A DNA stretch of 64,000 nt from Candidatus Omnitrophota bacterium (lineage in GTDB: Bacteria; Omnitrophota; Gorgyraeia; 2-02-FULL-51-18), in NCBI GenBank assembly GCA_945877765.1, contig CAMDWQ010000001.1, positions 86,253 through 150,252 on the forward strand, read 5' to 3'. This document shows, piece after piece, positions 1 to 8,000 of this stretch. The notes below the pieces were generated by a model, which was not told where the DNA came from, made no database searches, and saw nothing but the letters and a program-made list of their open reading frames with translations. Both the position numbers and the translations under genes were made by a program. Position 1 is the first letter of the stretch, and the number at the start of each line of letters is the position of its first letter.

Positions 1-483
1 TCAAAAACATAAGCTTGCGCGTAAAAAAATATTTGAAATTAACAAGTTTAAGATTGCCTTTGATAACCCAGTTGGGCTCCTGTTCAAACGGCAGCATGAT
101 ATTCAAGCCAAAACTGTGTTCGGCGCCGGCACCCACCATCGCCGCCTCCATGATTCCGCTGGCGCCGCCCGTCGTCACCATCCAGCCTTTTTTCACGACC
201 ATCTGGCCAAACGCCTCGGCCATTTTATAATTGGGATGAGTGGGCTTGGTGCGAGCCGATCCAAACACCGCGACTTTAGGAATTGAGCGGTAAGGTTTAA
301 AAATTTTCATCGCGTGGCGCAATTCTTTAAATGCTGTATTCAAAAGCCGGATTTCGAGCGTGTTTAAATTTTCATCACGCAGCTTGGCGATGTTAAAAAG
401 CATGTCACGAAAAATCTCATCATCCGAACTGGGCGGGAAATCATTGCCCAGGAGACTGGTGATATCCTTTTTAAAACGCAGCA
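1..483 (-). CDS. LOG family protein (TIGR00730-type Rossmann fold; cytokinin riboside 5'-monophosphate phosphoribohydrolase-like), 3' end beyond window start
   Basis: Not in the ORF track because it runs off the window. Manual reverse-strand translation from the ATG at 483-481 gives MLRFKKDITSLL...PKVAVFGSARTKP...WMVTTGGASGIMEAAMVGAG..., the hallmark LOG motifs. An AGGAGG lies about 36 nt upstream. Confidence 0.6.
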
Positions 484-501
484 TGTCTTTTTCGGTAATC
501 T

Positions 502-1293
502 TCAAAACTGAATTCCTCCTAAAAAATCTGGCGGTGGGGACGAATATTCAACCGTTTTGTAGGTTAACGGATGATTGAAGCTTAAAGTTTCTGCGTGCAA
601 TGCTAGACGTCTTAATTTTAGCCGTGCGAGCATTTCCTCGTCAATCCCATTCACCACGTATTTTTGAAAAATAGAAAGGTCGATATAAATTTTGTCGCCC
701 ACGACCGGATGCCCCAAAAAAGCAAGGTGCGCGCGTATCTGATGTGTGCGACCGGTCAAGGGCTCGACCTCCAAATAGGAGTAAACAGCACGTCCAGCCC
801 CAACCCCTTCGTGGACAGAAAGTACTCGGTACTTGGTCTGTGCCTCTTCCCCATTCTCAGGGTCGTGACTGCGCACCGTTTGGAACCCGGAACTTGTGTC
901 GCGCCCCAGACGATATTCCATCATTCCTTCGACCGCTTCGGGACTTCCAAACACCAGTGCCCTGTACTTTTTTTTCACCCGCGCAGCCAAAAATTCCTTC
1001 CCAATAAAACGCGCCGCTTCATAATTTTTGGCGATGAGAATCACACCACTTGTCTCCGCATCCAGGCGATGCATAAAGCGAAGAGTAGCCCCTTCCCACC
1101 GAGGATCTTTTTTTAAAAGTGTGTGCAGATTTTTTTCAGCGTAAGAACCTACCGGGTGGACGGCCAGCGGCGCTGGCTTATCAATGACAAGAATCGCTTC
1201 ATCCTCATGAATCAAGCGATAATTGGTATCGACATAAAAATTGGCCGCTTTGACCCGTTCTCTTGGATAGATAGGCAGCGTCGCTAGAGACAA
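502..1293 (-). CDS. RluA-family 23S/tRNA pseudouridine synthase
   Basis: Motifs ILVIDKPAPLAVHP, HRLDAETSGVILIAK and HQIRAHLAFLGHPVVGD. The track ORF runs to 1506, but its first 70 codons overlap the downstream end of the neighbouring gene. A TTG at 1293 placed immediately after that gene's stop gives a typical roughly 264-aa RluA size. Start is uncertain. Confidence 0.75.
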   Translation of the reverse strand: MSLATLPIYPRERVKAANFYVDTNYRLIHEDEAILVIDKPAPLAVHPVGSYAEKNLHTLLKKDPRWEGATLRFMHRLDAETSGVILIAKNYEAARFIGKEFLAARVKKKYRALVFGSPEAVEGMMEYRLGRDTSSGFQTVRSHDPENGEEAQTKYRVLSVHEGVGAGRAVYSYLEVEPLTGRTHQIRAHLAFLGHPVVGDKIYIDLSIFQKYVVNGIDEEMLARLKLRRLALHAETLSFNHPLTYKTVEYSSPPPDFLGGIQF

Positions 1294-1294
1294 A

Positions 1295-2329
1295 TTATTG
1301 AGTTGCCAAGACGTAGGCAAAAACAAGGGGCGCCACAATCGTAGCGTCTGACTCAATGATGAATCGCGGAGTGTTGCCGTCCAATTTTCCCCACGTAATT
1401 TTCTCGTTGGGAACCGCGCCGCTGTACGAGCCGTAGGAGGTGGTGCTGTCCGAAATCTGACAGAAATAGCCCCACAGACTGACTTTTTCTTTAAGATCCT
1501 GCTCAATCAGCGGAACGACACAGATTGGGAAATCTCCGGCGATGCCGCCGGCTATCTGGAAAAAGCCAATCGATTTTGTTTTTGTGTTTTCTTTGTACCA
1601 TTCAATCAGGTACGCCATCTGCTCAAGACCTGACTTTACCACCTGAAAATTAGACACTTCTTTGCGCATAACATTGGCGACAAAAATATTTCCCAGCGTC
1701 GAATCTTCCCAGCCCGGCGTAAAAATGGGTAAATTCTTTTCGCAAGCTGCTAACAGCCACGAGTCTTTGGGATCAATTTGATAATGTTCTTTAATCACTC
1801 CGCTGTTCAAAAGCTGATACATGTACTCGTAAGGAAAATACCGCTTTTTCTCCTGGTCGGCTTTTTGCCAAAATTTCAGCACCTGCCGCTCGATACGGCG
1901 CATCGCCTCTTCCTCGGGAATACAAGTATCGGTGACGCGATTCATTCCCTGTTCACGAAGCTCTACTTCTTGTTCGGCGGTCAGGTTGCGATATTGCGGC
2001 ACACGCTTGTAGTGGTCATGCGCGACGAGATTGAAGACGTCTTCTTCGAGGTTGGCTCCGGTGCAGGTGATCGCATGGACTTTGCCTTCACGAATCATTT
2101 CAGCAAGGGTGATTCCTAATTCCGCGGTGCTCATTGCGCCGCCCAAAGTCACCATCATTTTATTGCCGTTTCTCAGATGCTCGCAATAAGCCTCGGCAGC
2201 ATCGATGATCACCGCGGAGTTGAAATGACGAAAATTGTGCGTGATAAATTCTTTGACCGCTTTGAAATCAGTAGCTTTGGTAGCCATGCCGGCTTTAGAA
2301 ATTTTGGGTGACTGCGTCTGTATCGCCAT
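1295..2329 (-). CDS. deoxyhypusine synthase-like protein (DHS/homospermidine synthase family)
   Basis: 344-aa ORF with DHS-family stretches (MVTLGGAMSTAELG, AITCTGANLEEDVF, IAGGIAGDFPICVVP). Length and order are typical of bacterial DHS-like proteins. Confidence 0.8.
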   Translation of the reverse strand: MAIQTQSPKISKAGMATKATDFKAVKEFITHNFRHFNSAVIIDAAEAYCEHLRNGNKMMVTLGGAMSTAELGITLAEMIREGKVHAITCTGANLEEDVFNLVAHDHYKRVPQYRNLTAEQEVELREQGMNRVTDTCIPEEEAMRRIERQVLKFWQKADQEKKRYFPYEYMYQLLNSGVIKEHYQIDPKDSWLLAACEKNLPIFTPGWEDSTLGNIFVANVMRKEVSNFQVVKSGLEQMAYLIEWYKENTKTKSIGFFQIAGGIAGDFPICVVPLIEQDLKEKVSLWGYFCQISDSTTSYGSYSGAVPNEKITWGKLDGNTPRFIIESDATIVAPLVFAYVLATQ

Positions 2330-2358
2330 ATTCCCTCTCGTGGGTTCTATTTTTCTAC

Positions 2359-2485
2359 GTCATTCCCGAAAGTTTTAATCGGGAATCAAACCTCTGATCA
2401 TGTCATTCCCGAGGGCTTTAATCGGGAATCAAACCTATGTATGATCCCCGATAAATAATCTCGGGGATGACACTGTGGGATGACA
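2359..2485. repeat. Cluster of 1.5 copies of a palindromic foldback (MITE/RPE-like) repeat
   Basis: Unit is gtcattcccga-N9-tcgggaatcaaacct...atgatccccgata-N7-tctcggggatgacactgtggg. Two short hairpins are bounded by an outer gtcat/atgac inverted repeat. The same unit recurs at 2849-2938, 42219-42286, 42778-42843, 47802-47829 and 56282-56378. Confidence 0.8.
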
Positions 2486-2561
2486 AACTATTCCAAGTCA
2501 TTTTATAGCATTAATATATAACACGAATAGCGCTGGCGCCACAAGACAAATATGGGCCGTC

Positions 2562-2822
2562 TTAAGTTTTTCTAGATAAATTACGAACAAACGCCACTAG
2601 GAGCACGACCGCAACTACCGGAATGACGACATACACAAAAAAGAAGACAAAGAACACCAGCAATCCGACCCCCAAACAAATCCCAAAAATCTTCGTCAGG
2701 AAATTTTGAGGCACCACAAAACTGGACGCTTTGGGCGTGGCGGAATAAGTATAACGGATTTCACCCTGGTCGGGTTTTTCGGGGTGTAATTCAATAATTT
2801 GTTTATTTTCAGACGAAGCCAT
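2562..2822 (-). CDS. hypothetical small membrane protein (86 aa, C-terminal hydrophobic helices)
   Basis: ORF flanked on both sides by copies of the foldback repeat. It contains a strongly hydrophobic stretch LGVGLLVFFVFFFVYVVIPVVAVVLLVAFV. No recognisable family. Confidence 0.4.
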   Translation of the reverse strand: MASSENKQIIELHPEKPDQGEIRYTYSATPKASSFVVPQNFLTKIFGICLGVGLLVFFVFFFVYVVIPVVAVVLLVAFVRNLSRKT

Positions 2823-2848
2823 TAGAGCCCTCTACATCATTCCTACCT

Positions 2849-2938
2849 GTCATTCCCTATGTCATTCCCGAAAGTTTTAATCGGGAATCAAACCTGCACA
2901 TGATCCCCGATAAGAGATCTCGGGGATGACACTGTGGG
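2849..2938. repeat. Foldback (MITE/RPE-like) repeat copy
   Basis: Near-identical to the 2402-2480 unit: gtcattcccgaaagttttaatcgggaatcaaacct...atgatccccgataagagatctcggggatgacactgtggg. Confidence 0.8.
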
Positions 2939-2953
2939 TACTAGTAGAGACAT

Positions 2954-5218
2954 TCAGTTACCTTTCATCAAATTCAGTGCACTGCCCGCTTTGAACCACT
3001 CCACCTGTTCTTGTGTAAACGAGTGTGTGAGCTCAGCGGTATCTTTTGACTCGTCCGCATGCGTTATCGTCAACTTGAGATTTTTTCCGGGCGCCAGGTC
3101 TTTTAGGCCTGTAATGGCCAGCTTGTCATTTTCTTGAATTTTTTCATATTCCATAGGATTCGCAAATCTCGCCGCCAAGACTCCCTGTTTTTTGAGATTG
3201 GTTTCGTGAATGCGGGCAAAGCTCTTGGCAATTACGGCTTTGCAGCCCAAAAATCGCGGAGACATTGCCGCGTGTTCACGGCTGGAGCCTTCTCCGTAAT
3301 TCTCGTCTCCAATGACAACCCACGCCTTGGCGTGCTTTTGATAATCCCGTGCAACCGCAGCAGGGGGCATCTCTTCGGCGCTTTTGAGCCAGTTCTTCGC
3401 TGTGCCAGGTTTGCTGGTAAAAGCGTTGTTGGCGCCTAGAAACATATTGTCTGAAATTTTATCCAGATGACCGCGATACTTTAACCACACACCCGCAGGA
3501 GAAATATGATCCGTGGTGCATTTGCCTTTGGCTTTAAGCAACACCAGCATATTTTCGAAATCATTTCCGTCCCAAGCTTTAAACGGTGCCAACTTCTGCA
3601 AGCGGTCGCTTGAGGGGCTAATCACCACCTCTTTATTTTTTCTCTCGTCCATCGGAAGCGGCGCAATAAATCCCGCCTCACCCGGCGCATAACCTTTGGC
3701 GGGCAACTCGTCCGCGTGGGGGGCTTCCAAAAAGATTTCACGTCCATCCGCGGTTTTTAATTTATCCTTCATCGGATTAAAATCCAGCCGCCCAGCAATC
3801 GCGTAAGCCGTCACAATCTCAGGGGAACCAATAAACGAAAGCGTTTCGGCGTTGCCATCATTGCGTGCTGGGAAATTACGATTAAACGAACTCACAATGG
3901 AATTGGATTCTCCTTTTTTGATGTCATCACGTTTCCACTGGCCGATGCAGGGACCGCAAGCATTCGCTAGCACCGTGCCGCCAATACTTTCAAGCGCTTG
4001 GAGCTGTCCGTCGCGGCGAATCGTATTTTGAATTTGATCGGAGCCCGGAGAAATCAAAAAATAGCTGGCCGCTTGGATGCCCGCTTTCTTGGCCTGCGTG
4101 GCAATGTTGGCAGCGCGTCCTATGTCTTCATACGAAGAATTGGTACAGCTTCCGATGAGTGCCGCTTTCACGGTGACCGGATAGCCCTTCTCTCTGACTT
4201 CTTGGGCAAATTGGGATACAGGCCGCGCCAAATCCGGCGTGTGCGGGCCGACGATGTAAGGCTCAAGCGTCGACAGGTCTATCTCTACCACTTCATCATA
4301 ATATTTCCTGGGGTCCTTTTCGACTTCCGGATCCGCAACGAGAAACTCGCGGTATTCATCGGCAAGTTTGGCGATACCTTCACGCTGAGTTGCGCGAAGA
4401 TAAGCAGCCATGCGCTCATCATAAGGAAACACCGACGTCGTTGCTCCGAGTTCGGCGCCCATATTGGTAATCGTGCCTTTACCGGTACAACTGAGCGACT
4501 TGGTTCCGGGGCCGAAATACTCGACAATTTTATCCGTGCCGCCCTTGACGGTCAAAATGCCGCAAAGTTTTAAAATGACGTCTTTGGCCGATGCCCAGCC
4601 ATTCAAAGAGCCGGTCAATTTGACGCCAATGAGCTTAGGACATTTGACTTCCCAGCTAAGTCCTGCCATCACATCCGCCGCATCCGCTCCGCCCACACCA
4701 ATCGCCAGCATGCCAAGTCCACCGCCATTAGGCGTATGAGAATCGGTTCCTATAATCAAAGCACCCGGAAATGCATAATTTTCAAGCACCACCTGGTGAA
4801 TAATTCCTGAGCCAGGCTTCCAAAATCCCATCCCATAACGCGCCGCCGCCGAACTTAAAAAATCATACACTTCACGATTAATCTCAAGAGCATTTTTCAT
4901 GTCCTCCGCCGCGCCGCTACGCGCCAGAATTAAATGATCGCAATGAATCGTGGACGGCACCGCCACCGTCTCTCGCCCCGCCTGCATAAACTGCAAAATC
5001 GCCATCTGCGCCGTCGCATCCTGCATCGCCACTCGATCCGGCCTTAAAATTAAATAGCTCTCCCCCCTCTTGAATTCTTGCGAGGCTAAATTATCCGCAT
5101 GCGCCGCCAATATCTTTTCAGCAAGCGTCAGAGGCCGCCCAAGCTTCTTGCGAAGCGCTTCAACCGCCGATTTAAATTTAGCGTAAACAGCTTTCACTTG
5201 GGCTTCCATTTCGTTCAT
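2954..5218 (-). CDS. acn: aconitate hydratase (mitochondrial-type, about 754 aa)
   Basis: Aconitase family throughout (Fe-S cluster Cys region [19 protein letters not shown], swivel domain). The track start at 5257 is a TTG. An internal ATG at 5218 (MNEMEAQVK) is preceded by aaaggtaaaaaa and gives a typical length. Confidence 0.9.
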   Translation of the reverse strand: MNEMEAQVKAVYAKFKSAVEALRKKLGRPLTLAEKILAAHADNLASQEFKRGESYLILRPDRVAMQDATAQMAILQFMQAGRETVAVPSTIHCDHLILARSGAAEDMKNALEINREVYDFLSSAAARYGMGFWKPGSGIIHQVVLENYAFPGALIIGTDSHTPNGGGLGMLAIGVGGADAADVMAGLSWEVKCPKLIGVKLTGSLNGWASAKDVILKLCGILTVKGGTDKIVEYFGPGTKSLSCTGKGTITNMGAELGATTSVFPYDERMAAYLRATQREGIAKLADEYREFLVADPEVEKDPRKYYDEVVEIDLSTLEPYIVGPHTPDLARPVSQFAQEVREKGYPVTVKAALIGSCTNSSYEDIGRAANIATQAKKAGIQAASYFLISPGSDQIQNTIRRDGQLQALESIGGTVLANACGPCIGQWKRDDIKKGESNSIVSSFNRNFPARNDGNAETLSFIGSPEIVTAYAIAGRLDFNPMKDKLKTADGREIFLEAPHADELPAKGYAPGEAGFIAPLPMDERKNKEVVISPSSDRLQKLAPFKAWDGNDFENMLVLLKAKGKCTTDHISPAGVWLKYRGHLDKISDNMFLGANNAFTSKPGTAKNWLKSAEEMPPAAVARDYQKHAKAWVVIGDENYGEGSSREHAAMSPRFLGCKAVIAKSFARIHETNLKKQGVLAARFANPMEYEKIQENDKLAITGLKDLAPGKNLKLTITHADESKDTAELTHSFTQEQVEWFKAGSALNLMKGN

Positions 5219-5423
5219 TTTTTTACCTTTCGATGAATAAAATTCTTGTGAGAACAATGGTGGTTATTATATCACGCCCCGCCATCCCGAGCGAGCATAG
5301 CGAGGAGGAAGTAGCTCCCGCGAGCGTCGTAGGTTTGCAGCTTGTGTGATCAATAGACACTATAAATTTGACTAAAATTGCCCCACCAAAATTGCTTAAA
5401 TTTGATTTTTGACATTCTCCATA

Positions 5424-5437
5424 CAATATTGTATAGT
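5424..5437. promoter_or_regulatory. Perfect 14-bp palindrome ATACAATATTGTAT in the aconitase upstream region (candidate operator)
   Basis: Seen directly. It lies about 200 nt upstream of the acn start, between acn and the DUF3800 gene. Function is not established. Confidence 0.25.
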
Positions 5438-5533
5438 TGCGTAGGTCGCTACTATTGTTGAACCCTGCACCTTATGGTGCAGTCCCCGCAAAGGGGTGCT
5501 TCCGAAAGGGAGGTAGACAATAGAGCGGCTTTT

Positions 5534-6313
5534 TTATTTATTGCCTCTGGGTGTGCTAGCTTTCCGCTTTGTCAGTGCCACTTCCACGTCAAATGTCCAG
5601 ATATTGAATGGAGCTCCCGCACGAGTATCATATTGGAGCCCCGCCCCCAATAGCTTTTCAATATAATGAATCATCTCTTTCTTGGCCTCTGAGGCATTGG
5701 CTTCTAACGCAAAGTTGTTCCGCACATAACCAATCGCCCCGATCAACACATCTACTATTTGAATGAACCCTTCAGGATGCTCGCCGCTAGAATGTCTGGG
5801 TTCCACGGTTGCTATGACATTCTTCAATTTAAGTTCCCTGGAAATCGAGGCATTTAAAGTTTTCTTAAGCACATCCAATCTGAATGGGTAGCGGTTCTTT
5901 TTATCATCCAACAAAATCAAAACATTGCTCCCATCCTCCTCAATCGCAAGCCTTTTGACAGATTGGAAAAGCAAGTGGAAAAATACTTTGTAAAACGAAT
6001 GCTCTTTATCTCCATCTCCATATTTTCTATATTCTTTTTTATAGGTATCAATCACATGCGCTCTAAATTGAAAATGATTGGCTTTTAAATGTTCAAAGAA
6101 CCATGCCACAAGCTTCTTGTATTTTTCAAGATAAGTTTTGCTTACTTTTGCCCACTTCACCTCACCCTGCCATTTTAATTGAAGGGATTCTTTTAAAGCT
6201 TTTAGTTCTTCGACTAAAAGAAGATGATTGTTCCTGGAAATAATAAGGGCGCCAATAATCAAATGCTTTTTATTAGTGCTACTTTCATCACATACGATTG
6301 TGTACTTCATCAA
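5534..6313 (-). CDS. DUF3800 domain protein
   Basis: N-terminal YTIVCDESSTNKKHLIIGALII matches the DUF3800 signature (hydrophobic-x-x-DES-G/S near the N-terminus). 259 aa. It lies in an AT-richer accessory segment. Confidence 0.65.
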   Translation of the reverse strand: MMKYTIVCDESSTNKKHLIIGALIISRNNHLLLVEELKALKESLQLKWQGEVKWAKVSKTYLEKYKKLVAWFFEHLKANHFQFRAHVIDTYKKEYRKYGDGDKEHSFYKVFFHLLFQSVKRLAIEEDGSNVLILLDDKKNRYPFRLDVLKKTLNASISRELKLKNVIATVEPRHSSGEHPEGFIQIVDVLIGAIGYVRNNFALEANASEAKKEMIHYIEKLLGAGLQYDTRAGAPFNIWTFDVEVALTKRKASTPRGNK

Positions 6314-6487
6314 TTACCCTCAAACTTTTTTTGGGGAGCAATTTTGATAATTATATCACAGGAAGATTTTAATAAGAGGTTCGAGCACCTCACACCTGCG
6401 GGGTGTGCCGCCGCATTTGGCGGTACTCCCCGGAGGTGTGTACACGGTAACACGGTGTTCAGTTGGATGTTGCATCAAATCCAGCAA

Positions 6488-6937
6488 CTACTGGGAGGGC
6501 GTCAAAACCTTTATCTCAAACATAAATTTTTTTTGATGAAAGGATATCTCTTCGACCTGCTCAAAAAAATCTCTCCCAAGAACCCCAATACTATGGTTAT
6601 TCATTTTCTCGGTAAAGGCTGCCTCGCAGGGAAAAACCCGCTCTTCGTTGTTGATGGAGATAATAATATTTATTTTGCGATAGTAACACTTCACGCTACC
6701 GCCAAAACCGGACCTGATGATGCCCGGAACTCCATCCACCACCACACCAATTTTTTCACCAAATGAGGAAGGAAACACAGAATGACGCGAACCGGAATCT
6801 ACCAGGGAGGGAAACAAAAAACTGGTTCTTATGCCCTTGTGCTCTATGGCGGTCTGGACCATCGGGAAATACACCACTTCTTGACTAGCGATAGGGTCCC
6901 CTATTTGGGTATAGGGAATTTGGTAGGTCTTGATCAA
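6488..6937 (-). CDS. retropepsin-like (clan AA) aspartic protease
   Basis: LVDSGSRHSVFP contains the D-S/T-G catalytic triad context of retroviral-type aspartyl proteases. 149 aa is typical of single-domain bacterial retropepsins. Confidence 0.65.
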   Translation of the reverse strand: MIKTYQIPYTQIGDPIASQEVVYFPMVQTAIEHKGIRTSFLFPSLVDSGSRHSVFPSSFGEKIGVVVDGVPGIIRSGFGGSVKCYYRKINIIISINNEERVFPCEAAFTEKMNNHSIGVLGRDFFEQVEEISFHQKKFMFEIKVLTPSQ

Positions 6938-7140
6938 AAGAAAAAAGAGATATCGGCGATATTAGGTACTTTGATCAAAAAAGGATTTGACTCACCCTTG
7001 ATCGTGGCTTCATTTAAAGCCTCATCCATCGTATTCCCTGATCCTAAAACGGTCTTTTCATCACGAGTAAGAGTTACCCACTTTCCTTTGAATGGCTCTA
7101 AAATGTGAGAGAGGTTGATAGGGATCATCGTGTGTTCCAT
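6934..7140 (-). CDS. small DUF5678-like protein, translationally coupled upstream of the retropepsin gene
   Basis: 68 aa. GKWVTLTRDEKTVLGSGNTMDEALNEA resembles DUF5678 small proteins. The 4-nt overlap with the 6488-6937 ORF suggests an operon. Confidence 0.4.
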   Translation of the reverse strand: MEHTMIPINLSHILEPFKGKWVTLTRDEKTVLGSGNTMDEALNEATIKGESNPFLIKVPNIADISFFF

Positions 7141-7361
7141 TTCTTAGGGATTAGGTACGTGCCCCAAAACTCTGTTCCACATCCCCTAATCTCTCCATAT
7201 CACGAAGAACTTCTAAAGAAGATTCTTTTACAAGAGCAGATTCCGTATGCAAGCATTTTTTCAGCATTTTACGATGGCTTAATTTATTGAAAAAACCTAA
7301 CGCTGTATTTCTATGGAGATTTCGTTTCATTTTCATCTGACGGGTACATCTTCGATATCTT

Positions 7362-7568
7362 TTAAGTGCCTACCGGAATCTCAACAAAAGAAGACTGTTG
7401 CATGCGAAACCGCGCCTCAAAATCATGGACGATAGCGCCGACAACTTTTTTGTTATCTTTGTGGTATTTAAGCAGGAGGCCGTTTCCCGCGTCCCGCGCA
7501 ACTGTGTTGGCCTGGTCTCCGAAAAAAACATACAGCGTATCTGTTTTGTCATCATAGGATATTTTCAT
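7362..7568 (-). CDS. DUF2283 domain protein (putative antitoxin-like partner)
   Basis: MKISYDDKTDTLYVFFGD is the characteristic DUF2283 N-terminus. 68 aa. Confidence 0.8.
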   Translation of the reverse strand: MKISYDDKTDTLYVFFGDQANTVARDAGNGLLLKYHKDNKKVVGAIVHDFEARFRMQQSSFVEIPVGT

Positions 7569-7900
7569 GTTAGGAAGTCCTTTGTCTCTTTAAACCACAC
7601 AATGTTGCCGCCCTTGATTTTATCGCTGATGTGCGCTGATTTTACGTGACTCTTCTCAACTTCCACATAAGCGACATGCACTAATGGCTTCTTTGCTCTT
7701 TTATGATAAATAACGGTATTCGGTAATTCATCCTCGGTCAATAATATTGGATCCTTCAATATAGCCTCTACAAATAGAAACGGCTCCCCAACATCAGGAT
7801 GAGACTGACGAATATGATCGATGGTGTGGTCATAAATTTTGACGGATTTCCCCTGAAAATCGACGATAACTCTAAAATCCTGGGATGTTTTTTCTTTCAT
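7565..7900 (-). CDS. DUF4258 domain protein (putative toxin-like partner)
   Basis: 111 aa, overlaps the DUF2283 gene by 4 nt. The DUF4258/DUF2283 pairing is a recurrent two-gene module. Confidence 0.7.
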   Translation of the reverse strand: MKEKTSQDFRVIVDFQGKSVKIYDHTIDHIRQSHPDVGEPFLFVEAILKDPILLTEDELPNTVIYHKRAKKPLVHVAYVEVEKSHVKSAHISDKIKGGNIVWFKETKDFLT

Positions 7901-8000
7901 TGCGCACCAATAGGTTGATATAAATTAACTTGTGTTAATTATGCCATATATTATATGCGCATTCAAATTCTCTAGGCGAGTCTTCAAAACCCCCAGCTTC

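Noticed and set aside
15-578. Plus-strand ORFs 15-230 and 360-578 at the window start
   Set aside because: They are antisense to the LOG-family gene, whose motifs (GSAR..., GGxGxMEA) are unmistakable on the minus strand.
2349-2940. Possible CRISPR array suggested by repeated units around the 2562-2822 ORF
   Set aside because: There are only 2-3 copies and the units are themselves long palindromic foldbacks of 70-90 bp. The spacing is irregular, and the same units occur dispersed at 42 kb, 47 kb and 56 kb. No cas genes are present. This is consistent with MITE/REP-like elements, not CRISPR.
3134-4739. Plus-strand ORFs inside the aconitase gene (3134-3439, 3998-4573, 4464-4739)
   Set aside because: They are antisense to a high-confidence conserved enzyme gene.
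5400-5533. Possible tRNA or small RNA in the aconitase/DUF3800 intergenic region (hairpins ctgcacc-ttat-ggtgcag and ccccgcaaagggg)
   Set aside because: No T-loop (GTTCRANYC) or D-loop signatures and no cloverleaf could be built by eye. These are more likely minus-strand terminator hairpins for the DUF3800 gene. Left as unannotated.
7141-7361. Small ORFs 7105-7290 (+) and 7151-7336 (-) in the gap between the DUF5678-like and DUF2283 genes
   Set aside because: No RBS, no recognisable motifs, and mutually overlapping. Probably non-coding promoter and leader DNA for the flanking modules.
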